A stretch of DNA of 64,000 nucleotides from the human T2T-CHM13v2.0 reference genome, Homo sapiens: assembly GCF_009914755.1 (NCBI RefSeq), contig NC_060927.1. One strand, given 5' to 3'. The position numbers were made by a program, and so were the translations under genes. This document shows positions 1 through 13,449 of the stretch, piece after piece. Position 1 is the first letter of the stretch, and each line of letters opens with the position of its first letter. A model generated the notes under the pieces. It made no database searches. It saw only the letters and a list, made by a program, of their open reading frames with translations, and was not told the DNA's origin.

Positions 1-695
1 TACATGTTGAAATCAGGGTCTTTGCAGATGTAGTCATATGCTGCAAATAAAGTTTTGGTCAATGACAGACTACAAATATGACAGTGGTCCCATAAGATTA
101 TAATATCATAGCTTTACTGCACCTTTTCTATGTTGATATATTTAGTTACACAGATACTTATTGTGTTACAATTGCCTACAGTATTCAGTACAGTAATATG
201 CTGTACAGTTTTGTAGCCTAAGAGCAATAGGACATATCATATAGCCAAGTTGTATAGAAAACCATATCATCTAGGTTTTATAAGTATAGGCTATAATGTT
301 TGCACAATGACAGAATCTCCTAAGGACACATTTCTTAGAACGTATCCTCACAGTTAAGTGAAGCATGACTATAATTACTTAAACTAAGATAAGATAATAA
401 TGAAGTAAGTTATGCCCCTAATGCAATCTGACTGAAGTCCGTATGAAAAGGTCAAATTTTGACACAGACATGTACAGAGAAAAGACAATCTGAAAACATA
501 GGGAGAAGATTGCCATCTAAAGCCAAGAACAGAGGGCTGGAATGCATCCTGTTTTCATAGCCCTCAGAAGGAATCAACCCTACCCACACCTGCATTTCAG
601 ACTTCCAACCTCCAGAACTGTGAGACAATAATTTTTGTTGTTTAACCCACCTAGTTTGTGGTACTTTGCCATGGCAGCTCTCACAAACAAACACA
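1..695 (+). mobile_element. MLT1B-like MaLR LTR, interrupted by a Tigger3-type MITE
   Basis: Typical MLT1B 3' half (ccctcagaaggaatcaaccc...cagaactgtgagacaataa...gtggtactttg...aaacaca). The 5' part at 1-32 resumes after 371. Confidence 0.75.
31..371 (-). mobile_element. Tigger3/MER7 (Golem)-type non-autonomous DNA transposon
   Basis: Termini tagtcatatgctgc... and ...gaacgtatcctcacagttaagtgaagcatgacta resemble the Tigger3 TIR CAGTCATGCGTCGCTTAACG, in a TA target context. Confidence 0.75.
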
Positions 696-879
696 GAAAT
701 TATCTACAAATTAATAATAATGAGCCTGCTATAAGTTAAACCTGAATAGAATGCTGCTAACACAGCATTAAAAGGAGAATGATTAGCATAGAGTATATTT
801 ATGTGAAAATAAGAATTTTTAAAATTAGTACATTTATTAGAAAGATCGGGGGGAAAGTATGAGACTCTTATTACCTGGG

Positions 880-1500
880 GAAAAAAGGCAAAAACTATTT
901 TAAAGGAAATAATAAAGAATTAAATAAAAAGTAGAAGTTAATAAAATAGCAATTTAAAAAGTAAATTAAAGAATCTGGATCCTTGAAAAGATAAATGATA
1001 TTCACAACCTTTGCAAATTCTGACTAATCAATAGCACAAGGAGGAAAAAGGATACTTAACTACAGATACGTAAATGTCATACAATAAATTTTAAAGTCTT
1101 GATGCCAAGATAATTTTTCTATTAAAATAAAAATTGCCAAAATTCACTCAAGTGGTGAAAAAAATCTGGAGGAACTCAGTAAAAATAAACTAAATGTAAA
1201 CATTAATCAAGGAAATAGGCACATAATAGGTTTATCAATTAATTTTACCAAATGTCTAATTAACAGAAATAATGTTTTCTAAATATTTTTTAGAGTATTG
1301 TAAAATGGTAGAAAACATTCCTGTTTACCTGACAATTTTATTGTAATTTTGATTCCCAGATGGCATGGAAAAAGTCAGAAAGCCTTATTATACTGATCCC
1401 CCAAATAGAAAAGAAGAACACAGGAAAGAAGCTCAAGCTCACTTTTGAACACAAGTATAAAACTTTGTATATATTACACACACAAAAACGCTATGCACAA
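880..1500 (+). mobile_element. Old L1M ORF2 fragment
   Basis: A-rich, L1-like phrases (ggatccttgaaaagataaat...acctttgcaaattctgact; ttaactacagat). Highly diverged. Confidence 0.4.
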
Positions 1501-1552
1501 ACATTTTTATAATTTGTTTGGCTTAGTCTGACTTAAGTAAGGGTTTTGTGGG

Positions 1553-2419
1553 TATGTTAGTGTATTAGTCCATTTTCACACTTCTATGAAGAACTACTTG
1601 AGACTGGATAATTTATAAAGAAGAGTTTTAATTGAGTCAGTTCCGCATGACTGGGGATGACCCAGGAAACTTACAATCATGGTGGAAGGGGAAGCTGGCA
1701 CCTTATTCACAAGGTGGCAGGAGAAGGAGTGAGAGCGCAGGGAAATCTGCCATTTATAAAACCATCAGATCTCATGGGAAGGACGAAACAGCATGAGGGA
1801 AACTTTCCCCATAATCCAATCATTTTCCTTCGTCGACTTGTGGAGATCACAGGTTCCTAGACACATGGGGATTAAAGTTAAAGATGAGATTTAGATGGGG
1901 ACACAGAACCAAACCATATCAATTAATCAGGGTTATATGGAGAAACAGAACCAATAGAATATATGTAAGAGACTTAAAGGAATATACGTGGAAATGGAGG
2001 CTGAGATGTCCTGTGATCTGCTTTCTGCAAGCCGGAGAACCAGGAAAGGCAATCGTATAATTCAGCTCCACTCTAAAGGCCTAAGAATTAGGGAGCTGAT
2101 AGTATAACCTCCCATCTGAGGCTGAAATCTGGAGAACCAGGAGCAATTATGTCCAAGTGCAGGAGAAGATGGATGTCTCAGCTCAAATAAAGGGAATTTG
2201 CCCTTTTTCTGCCTTTTCATTCTATTCAGGCCCTCAATAGATGGAACGATGCCCCCCCACATTAGGAAAGGTCAATGTAGTCTTCTTCACCCAGTCTACT
2301 GATTCAAATGTTAATTGCTTCTGAAAACACTCTCACAGATGAACCCAGAAATACTGTTTTACCAGCTGTCTGGGAATTCCTTAGATCAGGCAAGATGACA
2401 CACAGAATTGACCGTAACA
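1553..2419 (-). mobile_element. MLT2 (ERVL) LTR, interrupted near its end by a THE1/MST LTR
   Basis: tcagggtt...gagaaacagaaccaatag at the start, ctactgattcaaatgttaa...cagaaatactgttttaccagctg...aagatgacacacagaattgaccgtaaca at the end: classic MLT2. Confidence 0.8.
1561..1921 (-). mobile_element. THE1D/MSTA-type MaLR solo LTR
   Basis: tgtattagtccattttcacac...gggacacagaaccaaaccatatca termini. Confidence 0.85.
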
Positions 2420-2699
2420 GTGGAGTAAGCAAAGTTATAAAGTACTCTTGATGAAGTTGTGGGGACAGAAGGCATATAAACATGATAGACAGTCATCATA
2501 TACCCCAGGAGAATGGAGGAAGTGGTTACAATTACCAATTAGATAGACTTGCCATACATGCAACAGAGAAGAACACATACAAATTCCAAATCAAAATTCA
2601 CATAGATTTAGTTACCAACTATACACTTTACTGATGCTCACATCCATCATGTCTCTAAACATGACACTCTCAAGAAGTGCAGACCAAGAGTTAAACTCC

Positions 2700-3283
2700 T
2701 GCTCAACCCTGATGGAGCCACTGCTGCCAGTAACACGTTCAAGGCAACTCAGAGGTCCATGGAGCAAGCTGGCATGTGTTTGCTCATCTTCAAACTCTAT
2801 GCAACACCAAGAAAGGACTCACCTCTCAAATATCCCATGAAGCTTGATGAGCTTTCACTCTACTCAGTTCCTAAGGGTGAATTTGAATATGTGGAGGAGT
2901 GGAGGACCCAGTTTGAAGAAAGCATCTCTCAGCTCCAACATTATTGTAGGCCATGTACAAGTTGGTGTCAGGAAACATACTCCCAAACTAATCCCAAGAT
3001 GCAAAGTTTGGGTCAATGAGGGTTAGACAGCTATGAATATCTCCAAATGCACCTCCAGGATATTTTCCAAGACTTGGTGTTATTGGTTTTGCTGGCCTTT
3101 TTGGACTCCTTTTGGCAAAAGCTACAAAAATAAAGAAGAAGGTATAGCCTTCTGGGTTCATGGGATTAGCTGCCTCTATCTATTATCTACAATAATTCAT
3201 TGCATTTGCCCAGGTCAGTGGGGAGAGTTTACATGGTTGGGGTTTATGAAGATACATAGTCCCAGAAGATTTGTAGGAGAACT
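2700..3283 (+). pseudogene. APOO: Processed pseudogene of APOO (apolipoprotein O / MICOS subunit MIC26), 3'-truncated
   Basis: ORF 2759-3019 ([29 protein letters not shown]...[16 protein letters not shown]) matches APOO ([29 protein letters not shown]...[16 protein letters not shown]). Start is ACG at 2735 (ACG TTC AAG), Trp is replaced by TGA at 3017, a frameshift follows YLQ, then [10 protein letters not shown] and AQVSGE. No introns. Confidence 0.93.
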
Positions 3284-3616
3284 TATCGTATGTAAAATAT
3301 AATGTGTAATTGACTGTTTCTCTACACTCTGCTTTTACAAGTAAAATGCATATTCTGTGAGTACTAATCAAAGCCCCATAAGAATGTAACCACTTGTCTC
3401 ATTGCCTACCCTCACCAACCATTTTTTTTCTCCTTCCTCTCCCTCTAGCTCTTTCTTCTTTAAATACTGAAGTCATCAAAACCCTCTTTGGAAAAGGCAC
3501 AGACCACAGATGCTCCTGTTATTTGTGTTTTTTTCTTCTTCTTTGCTCAACATTGGCAAAATAAACCTCAAAATCAATTGAGACTTGCCTCAATCTTCTT
3601 TTTTTTTGTTTTACAA
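3284..3616 (+). mobile_element. ERV1 LTR 3' part (MER34/MER39-like)
   Basis: ttggaaaaggcacagaccacagatg...ttggcaaaataaacctc...attgagacttgcctc...tttaca terminus, with AATAAA. Confidence 0.6.
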
Positions 3617-4093
3617 CCCTATGAGGAGACCAATTATGGTAATTTAGAATCTCATTCAGAGCATCACCATTGTTATATGTTTTTTGCACTCACATGGCAC
3701 AAAACTGAAAAATTATTATGCATTATAAAAATTGAAATCTTATCCTGCATTAGAACAATGGATCTTGCATATTTCATGGTCATGGTGATACTTACCGAGC
3801 ATGAGGCACTAGGAGCTGGCTGCCAAAATTGCCTCCAGACTAGGACAACAATATAATTTTTCATTTGATATTGATATGAAGGATATTGTAAAACCGGCAT
3901 GTGTGCATACACACATATATATAGAGGAAACTGCTCTAGAACTGAACGTTCTCAAGGGCAGAATTAGGGCAGGTGCAATAAAACATTGGCCAAGATCAAC
4001 AAGTGTTGCTTTGAAAATCTTACTGAGATGTTCCCATATAATAAATGAGAGACGGAAAAGAATTTAAGGAATATTCCAAAGCTAGTAACATGG

Positions 4094-6379
4094 TGTATTA
4101 GTCCATTTTCACACTGCTGATAAAGACATACCCCAGACTGGGTAATCTACAAAAGAAAGAGATTTAATTGGACTTATAGTTCTATGTGACTGGGGAGGCC
4201 TCAGAATCATGACAGGAGGTGAAAGGGACTTCTTACATGGTGGTGGCAAGAGAAAATGAGGAAGAAGCCAAAGTAGAAACCCCTGATAAACCTATCAGAT
4301 CTCATGAGACTTACTCACTATCACAAGAATAGCACAGGAAACACCGGACCCCATGATTCAATTACCCACCCCTTGGTCCCTACCACAACACGTGGGAATT
4401 ATGGGAGATACAATTCAAGTTGAGATTTGGGTGGAGATACAACCAAGCCATATCATTCTGCCCCAGCCCCTCAAAATCTCATGTCCTCACATTTCAAAAC
4501 CAATCATGTCTTCCCAACAGTCCTCCAAAGTCTTAACTCATTTCAGCATTAACCCTAAAGTCCACAGTCCAAAGTCTCATCTGAGACAAGGCAAGTCCCT
4601 TCCACCTACGAGCCTGTAAAATCAAAATCAAGTTACTTACTTCCTAGATACAATGTGAGTACATGTATTGGGTAAATACAGCCATTCAAAATGGGAGAAA
4701 TTGGCCAAAACAAAGGGGTTACAGTACCCATGCAAGTCCATAATCCAGTGGGGCAGTCAAATTTTAAAGCTCCAAAATGATCTCCTTTGACTCCAGGTCT
4801 CACTTTTAGGTCATGCTGATGTAAGAGGTGGGTTCCCATGGTCTTGGGAAGCACCACCCCTGTGGCTTTGTGGGGTACAGCCTCCCTTCTGGCTGTTTTC
4901 ATGGGCTGGCATTGAGTGCCTGTGGCTCTTCTAGGGGCATGGTGCATGCAAGCTGTCGGTGGATCTACCATTCTGGGGTCTGGAGATGGTAGTCCTCTTC
5001 TCACAGCTCCACTAGGCAGTGCCCCAGTAGGAACTCTGTTTGGGAGCTCCAACCCCACATTTGCCTTCTGCACTGGCTTGCCATGCAGCCCCGCCCCTGC
5101 AGCAAACTTTTGCCTGGGCATCCAGGTGTTTCCATACCTCTGAAAACTAGGCAGAGGTTCCCAAACCTCAGTTCTTGACTTCTACACACGTGCAGCCTCA
5201 ACGCTACATGGAAGTTGCCAAGGCTTGGGGCTTCCATCCTCTGAAGCCACAGCCTGAGGTGTATGTTGGCCCTTTTCAGCCATGGCTGGTGTGGCTGGGA
5301 TACAGGGCACCAAGTCCTTTGGCTGCACGTAGCTCAGGGGATCTGAGCCTGGCCCACAAAATCACTTTTTCCTCCTGGGCCTCCTGGCCTGTGATGGGAG
5401 GGGCTACTGTGAAGGTCTCTGACATGGCCTGGAGACATTTTCCTCACAGTCTTGGGGATTAACATTTGGCTCCTCCTTAGTTATGAAAATTTCTTCAGCC
5501 AGCTACAATTTCTTTCCAGAAATGGGTTTTTCATTTCTATTGCATTGTCAGGCTGCAAATTTTCCAAACTTTTTTGCTCTGCTTCCCTTAGAAAACTGAA
5601 TGCCTTTAACAGCACCCAAGTCACCTCTTGAATGCTTTGCTGCTTAGAAATGTCTTCTGCCAGATAATCTGAATTATCTCTCTCCAGTTCAAATTTCATA
5701 AATCCATAGGGCAGAGACAAAATGCCACCAATCTCTTTACTAAAACATATCAAGAGTCACCTTTTCTCCAGTTCTCAACAGGTTCCTCATCTCCTTCTGA
5801 GACCACCTCAGCCTGGACCTTATTGTCCATATCACTAACAGCATTTTGGGCAATGCCATTCAACAAGTCTCCAGGAAGTTCCAAAGTTGCCCACATTTTC
5901 CTGTCTTCTTCTGAGCCCTCCAAACTGTTCCAATCTCGCCTGTTACCCAGTTCCAAAATTGCTTCCACATTTTTGGGTATCTTTTCAGTAATACCCCACT
6001 CTACTGGTAACAATTTACTGAATTAGTCATTTTCACACTGCTGATAAAGACATACCTGAGACTGGGCAATTTACAAAAGAAAGAGGTTTAATTGAACTTA
6101 CAGTTTCATATGGCTTGGGAAGTCTCAGAATTATGGCAGGAGGTGAAAGGCACTTCTTCCATGATGGCAGTAAGGGAAAATGGGGAAGAAGCAAAAGAAG
6201 GAACCCCTGAAAAACCCATCAAATCTCGTGAGACTTGTTCACTATCATAAGAATATCATAGGAAACATCAGCCCCCATGACTCAATTACCTCTCCCTGGA
6301 TCCCTCCCACAACACATGGGAATTCTGGGAGATGCAATTCAAACTGAGATTTGGGTGGGAACACAGCCAAACCATATCA
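4094..6379 (-). mobile_element. Full-length THE1C MaLR element (LTR 4094-4455, internal 4456-6018, LTR 6019-6379)
   Basis: Two similar LTRs carrying the THE1C motif gaaaatgaggaagaagc-aaag-agaaacccctga, a THE1-int body, and a 5-bp TSD catgg at 4089-4093 and 6380-6384. Confidence 0.92.
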
Positions 6380-7164
6380 CATGGGCAAGATTTAAGAGAT
6401 TGTATGTGGCTTTGACTTCACATCAAATTTCAAAGCAAACGCTTGAGAGAAGATAGTCTTTTCCTAATAAAAGTTTAGACATGAACACCGTATATGTTAA
6501 ATATAGTTTTGTGCATGATTAATGTAAATTACTCAATAAAATTATTGGGGTGCTATGACCATTATAAATTAGAGATTAGTAGAATTATATAAAGTTTGAC
6601 ATAATTAGAAAATCACTTATTGTAATTCTATTTATGACTCACATTCTTGCATTTCTTGAATGGTGAGAAAAAATGAAAGCTGGGCTAGAATTTTAAAGTA
6701 TTATTATATTTACTTTGTCAGGCCCCAAGACCTAGAAATGTCAGAAGCTGGCATGACTGTAGAACAGGTTTTTACCACACAATCAAAATGTAGTAAATTC
6801 TAGAACTAGAGCTACAACTTACCAATGGAAAATACTCTTTTGGTTCAGAGACCACACTGTGGTATTCTCTAAGCTTCTAGGTAAAATCTTTTGGGCAAAC
6901 ATAATTGATAATAGTGTATGACAGAGGAGTTTTTCCTATGACACCACAAGCTTATTAGTAGTTGAAGTCAAGTTACAAGCCTTTTTCTTATACAGTGCTT
7001 ACCTGGCCACTGTTCAATTTCATGTGTTTACTTATTCCAGGTTGGGGAGGATGTGTAAGGGTGTGGCAAACGAAGCTTTCCCTTGCTCCGAGGAGAAATG
7101 GAAAGAGAGATAAATATGCAATATGGAGTATTCTAGAAGGTATTGGGTGCTTGCTGCTCATTAT

Positions 7165-7312
7165 GTGTTCATAGGGCCAAGGACATGAGGACCACCTGGG
7201 AGCTTGTAGGAATGCAGATGCTCAGGCTCCATCCCAGAAGAAGTGAATCAGAACCTGCATCTTGACAAGCTTCCCTGGTGATATGTGATTACATTCAAGA
7301 AGCCTTATTCTA
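7165..7312. mobile_element. MER5-family hAT MITE
   Basis: cacctgggagcttgtaggaatgcagatgctcaggctccatcccaga...gaatcagaacctgcat...ccctggtgat. Confidence 0.65.
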
Positions 7313-7889
7313 AATTCCATGAGAAAAATATTTTTAGCTATTCAATATCTTTACCTCAGATACTAACACCTAGTGGAAACTCAATAGCATTTGCTCAAAG
7401 AAAGAATGAATGAATTAATTGATGGATTATCTTCAACTTTCACTTTAATATTCTAAGAAATAGTCATGTTTTGAAAGTTTACATTTTAACTATATTTAGT
7501 TCAAGGTTAAGAAAATGCATCCTGAGAATTTAAAATAAGCAATATATTATGCTGGGCTTTGGGTGCCAAAATGAGACATCATTTTAAAAGAATATTAAGA
7601 TGTACAGAGAAGTTTATACTTGAATTAAGAATTAAGAACTATACATTTAATCCCATGACAAATATGTTAAAATTTAGACAGTGAAAAACGTTTAGTACTA
7701 TAGAGCAGCAATAACAAAAAAGAAGGCTCCAAGTAGAAAATAAATTATAATAATAATAAGCTGTTTGAGTTCAGAAGAAGAAATCATTTATTGCTACAGG
7801 AACAGAATAACAGTAGGAATAACTAATACATGCTTAGCAGGTACTTCTCAATACAGGGGCACAGAAGCTAAGATATATCTATTGGTGAT

Positions 7890-8085
7890 AATAATAATCG
7901 CTTATACTACTATAATATGAACATTTACTACATACTAAGCCCTCCTATGAGAAATTTATGTTAACTCAATTATCATCACATCCTTAGCATGGAATAAGTA
8001 TTTTTTATTTTACTGACAATTTACAGATTAAAAACTGAGTAATGAGGCAGTTTATCCATGTGCCCAAGGAGAGCTGAGACTTTTT
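7890..8085 (-). mobile_element. MIR fragment
   Basis: aacatttactacatactaagc...ttttactgacaatttacagattaaaaactgag...tgcccaagg, the MIR core. Confidence 0.5.
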
Positions 8086-10605
8086 CCTGGAGTGGAGGAG
8101 AGTGGATGTGTTTGCATGGGCATGAAATGTTTGCATGTATTCACGACAGAATAACATGAGTAAATTTGGGGTACTAACAATTATGTAGTGTTTTTCTTAA
8201 CATCATGAGTAACAAATTGGGATTCAGATTTGGGTAAATAAGAGAAAAGCAGGTAATAAAACAATAAGGGAAGTCTGCTTCGCAACTATACTACATCTGA
8301 CTTGAATCATGGCTTGCTCACTTACCATCAGTGGAATCTCAAACATCTGACCCCTCTGAACCTCTTGTTTCTTCAAATATCTCGTAAGGTGACTATAAGA
8401 ATTAACCAAATATACTCCATAAAATAAGCTATTTTATCAGAATTATATTAATAGTCACAACTTTAGGTTCATGACAAAATCACAAAATTAGAATATTAAC
8501 TTTAAGTTATTTAAAGAAATCACAAAGTTAAATTCAATTCAGTGTCTTCACTGTGTCCCATGTCTGACAAAAGTGACTCAAATTGAGGCACTGAGCTCAT
8601 TGTTGTAACTAGATCATATCTCACTATGCCAAAGTTTTACAGCCTATTTTTTGCATAGGCCTCAATAAACAGTATTTCAACTGGGCTTCTGGCTTTTAGT
8701 TATCTGAATATCTGATTCAATATTGGTAAAAAGCAATGCTTTTACAGAAGCCCAATTAACACTAAATATTTTCCTCACTCCACTTGGCTTTCTGTGAAGC
8801 ATTATATATGAGGAGATACAATAGGCGTGGGATAATTATAAGTCGTGTGTATGATGTCAAAAGGCTATTATTGTGACATTCTAAAGACAGTATTTTCAAA
8901 GAATTTTTCTGTAAAGGCGGTGTAAGTTAAATGCAGTACTCCAGTTTGGTTCCAAATAAATTATGGACTGGGTCAGTCATGGAGAAAAAATTACATTTAG
9001 AGTTCCCACTGGCGTTATAGGAAGCAAAACTGCAAAGGGCAGGCTCACTCTGAATAACAGGCGTTCCAGATTCTTAATGTTGTTGTTTTCTGAATTGAAC
9101 CCAAGTCATGAGTTTTGAAATGAGCCCTCAGAAGTCTCAGAGAATTATTGCAGTTGGCCCATACTTTCGTATTTTCTACTAAGGAGACAGAATCTGGCTA
9201 ATTAAGAAATAATTACATTTTCTGTGATCTAATTTGAATTCTAGCTCATGTCTATATTTGGTTTTAATTTTTTTCTTGACCTTCATTTAATAAATCCTCC
9301 AACCATATTGGCTGTGAAGTGAAACGTGCATCATAGTTTGGCATTTCCTTTCATTTCTTCCTAAGATATAAATGCCTTCAACCAGAAATTATACACATAC
9401 TGGAAATAATATCTCTTTTAACAATAGTATTTCTCATTCATTCCAGCTATGTTATCTTATATATTATTATATTTTAAGAAAATTAAAAGGTTATTCAGTT
9501 ATTACTGAAGATATTGACTCAATATCAATAAAAGAGAGGAAAGGAGTAAGATTTTAAAAAGAAATAGTTGATCTCAAAGAAGTTTGTGAAAAATCTGCCA
9601 TTTATTTTAGAAGTTTTTTTCATATTACTCCACAAATAATTATAAAACAGAGAGGAAGAACATAGTATAGAAACCATAAAGAGTATAAAGTGTATAAAAT
9701 ATCTTAATTACTAACATAAAATCAGTCCGTCTAACTCAAAAGAGATAACTGGTGATCAGAATGTTTTTCAATCAAAATATTATTAAGCAGGCAGCACATT
9801 TATTCATTTTCCTGGGAAAAGGCATTTAATATCACTGAATTTATTGTATGCATACATTTCATTTATCTTCTTAATCTATTTTCAGAATAAACATGATGTT
9901 TACATAGGAAGTATTGACCATTAACTACTCCCAAATCAAGAAGGAAAAATGCCATTCTTCTAATGAAATGAAAACGCTACTAACTAGGAATTGGAAAGAA
10001 CGAAAAGGATTGCAGAGATTTTTTTAGCTTTCTCAATATCCCTGGGAAGCAAGTCCAAGTATATTCTATTTTCTTCCTGTACGTGTTAGCGAAATCTCAT
10101 AAAATTCTCTTTAATTCATCCACGAGAACAGATTTTCATGTTACAAAGTATTGCACTATTGTAACACGCATATGGCTATTGATACAGTAGCAGTAATTAT
10201 TTTGGTCCATTTAACAGATCATTTGGAGTTATTATTAGAGTATTTTATTCTCTATCTCCTTTTTTTTTGTTTTGTTCTGGAAAGACTACAATTAGGCTGC
10301 TTCACTGCTTCTTTTTTCCCTTTTTTCCTTAATATGTTTTAACTTTTGAGAAAGAAAAAAAATTCTCTAGTCATACTCTTTTAATCACCAAGGCTTTGGA
10401 AGGCAGTGAAATTACTTAAAAAGAAAGATGTTTTCCTATTCTCAGTCTTAGCAAAGTGAAAAAAAATAGCACTGAGGTCTTTGTCATGCTTAAACTACCT
10501 AATATACTCTGCGGACAATTATCAATAAAAAATGTTTTAACCCAGATATTATAGATCTGATTGTCTCACTTTTGTATTCCTGTCTGGAGGTCTACAAAAA
10601 CATTT

Positions 10606-10828
10606 TTTTTTTTTTTTTTTGAGACGAAGTCTTGCTCTGTCGCCCAGGCTGGAGTGCAGTGGCGCGATCTCAGCTCACTGCAAGCTCCGCTTCCCGGGCT
10701 CAGGCCATTCTCCTGCATCAGCCACCCCGAGTAGCTAGGACTACAGGCGCCCGCCACCACGCCCGGCAAATTGTTTCTATTTTTTAGTAGAGACGGGGTT
10801 TCACCGTGTTAGCCAGGATGGTCTCGAT
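10606..10828 (-). mobile_element. 5'-truncated AluY
   Basis: Poly-T followed by an AluY body (ctgcaagctccgc, ccattctcc) ending at ggtctcgat. TSD tacaaaaacattt at 10593-10605 and 10829-10841. Confidence 0.92.
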
Positions 10829-12444
10829 TACAAAAACATTTCTTATCATGCAGGAGGTTAACACAATGAAATAAAATTGTACTCCTAATCCCAAATATTC
10901 ACACCCCCTCGTGCCTTTGGGTAAACTTCCCCTACCCACTGTCAGGCTTGGCCACATAAATTGCTTTGACCAATGAAATGTGAGTGAATAATACATGTTT
11001 CACACTTCCAAAGATAACCTTTAGAAATAACTTCATATTTTAGGATCAGCCTCTTTAGCTTCTACCCTCTTCTATGAAAACAAGTTAAACCGAATAGAAG
11101 CTGTTGCTCCAGCATGGGTTTTTGATTGATAAGACATGTGGAGCTGAGTGCAGTCAGCCAGAAATAATGTATAAGAAGAGCAAGAAATAAATGTTTGTTC
11201 TTATAAGCCGTTAAGATATTGGAGGTTTTTATTACCGCAACAGAAACCATAGAATACCATTGGTACTCAACGCTGGACTTTCGCTACTGAATAAACAAAA
11301 CAAACAAACTGGTGCTGGGCTGTGGACTATATTCAGAGCCTAGAAAAAAAATGGCAACCATTGTCATGCAGTGCAGGAAACTCCTGCCTATAATAATTTG
11401 AAACACAAAAAATTAACTTAATAGACTTTCAATTTCGGAAAAAGAAAATTTGAAACAGAATGTTACTAGCATTGATTGGATGTTTTCTGCATTTGATGAA
11501 CTGAGAAAAGAATCACCTTATTTACAATAGGTGTGAAAGAAAAAATAACAAGTCTAGACATTCTGAGAGTAGTATCATTTAAAAATTGAGACTATTTCTC
11601 ATCTAGGGTCAGAGAAAAATATTTTAAAAAGAAATGCTTTGGGCTATTAAAGGTGATTAAGACTCATCCTAAATATGACTTAGGCTCAGGAAAAAGGTAT
11701 TTTGCCAAAAACTCTGATTGTTTTAAGGTGGCCCCACGTGAATGCTGTCAGTTGCATAAAGTAGTTCCAAAAAGAAAGACCAAGGACCTGGTCCCAGAGA
11801 AGTCAAAAGTTAGGAGCTGGATAAATTCAAAGTACATTTAATTGTGCTTTGAGAGTGAGGCAATTCTTAAAAATAATAATTATGGCTATTGGCACACAGA
11901 CTTTGAAACAATCAAAAGGATTTTTTTTTTATTTAGTTTTTCAAAGAGATTGATATGGTGAAACGTGCCATTAACCTCGATGAAAACAAACTTACTAGTA
12001 GAATTGTAAAATGATTTTGGGCACCCCACTTTATAAGAAAGAAAGCAGGCTGGTAAAGATGCTTATTTTTTCCAATGAAGGTCTCTTTTCCAATGACTGT
12101 ATCAGCTGTCGTCAAGACAGAAAATGAAAAATAAGTCATTTTCAGAGTGGATCCAGTAGCTATAAAAAATAATGAACTAGGGAAGAATTCTCAGAGAGAA
12201 AATATGGCCTAATGAAAGAACATGTGCTATTGTCAGGATTAAAAGTTCTTATACTATTTATCCAGTGGCATTGCCATTCTTCCCCTTTGTGAATGGATGG
12301 GTTTATTACCATTGTTCTGTCTTTGTGCCCTCATTGTATGTTGGTTGTGTTTATTGGTAGTATGGATCCAGGTAACTTGTTTTCTTAATTACTTGGGAAG
12401 CTGTATCCAGATCTGAAGTAGACATCCTGGAGTATTAATATGTA

Positions 12445-12468
12445 TGTGTGTGTGTGTGTGTGTGTGTG
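12445..12468. repeat. (TG)12 microsatellite
   Basis: Read directly from the sequence. Confidence 0.95.
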
Positions 12469-12618
12469 CAGGAGGGAAGTGAATACATGCTTAATAAGAG
12501 TATAAATTTTGTTCACTCTTCCAGCTCACCCAATTTTCCCGCTTAATCAATTTTCCTTATACTAGCTTAGCTTTGGCCAATATAAGTGAGCAGATGGGAT
12601 ATATGTCCAGTCAAGTAG

Positions 12619-12970
<352 letters not shown>

Positions 12971-13269
12971 CTCTAGAATTTTTTTACCCTCTGCAGAGGG
13001 ACTAGAATGTCCAGTACAGAGGTTGGTATGTTAACCTGGGCTCAGGAATGAGAAAGCATATTAAGTAGAGCTACACTTGGCCCATAAACATCATGTACCA
13101 TGAGCAATAACTAAATGTTTATTGTTGTAATCTGCTGCAATTTGGGAATTATTACTACAGCAAGTGTTGATTAATGCACTTGGTAACCAGCAATTAAGAA
13201 TGGTATTTATTTAACAATAGAAAAGCTATTAATTTAAAACTTGATAGTTAAGTTTTGTTTTATTTTTAA

Positions 13270-13449
13270 TTTAGTTTTATTTTTACCTGACAAATAATAT
13301 TTGTACATATTTATGGGGTACATAGTGATGTTTTGATACATATAATGTGTAGTGATCAGATCAGGGTAATTAGTATATCCATTATCTCAGACAGTTATTT
13401 ATTTGTCTTGGGAACATTCAATATTCCTTTCTAGCTATTTGAAACTATA
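13270..13449 (-). mobile_element. L1MA 3'-end fragment
   Basis: ttgtacatatttatggggtacatagtgatgttttgatacat...gggtaattagtatatcc, flanked by tatttttaa on both sides. Confidence 0.75.

Noticed and set aside
4633-6013. ORFs of up to 162 aa in the THE1 internal region
   Set aside because: Fragments of the decayed MaLR internal ORF, broken by stops and frameshifts.
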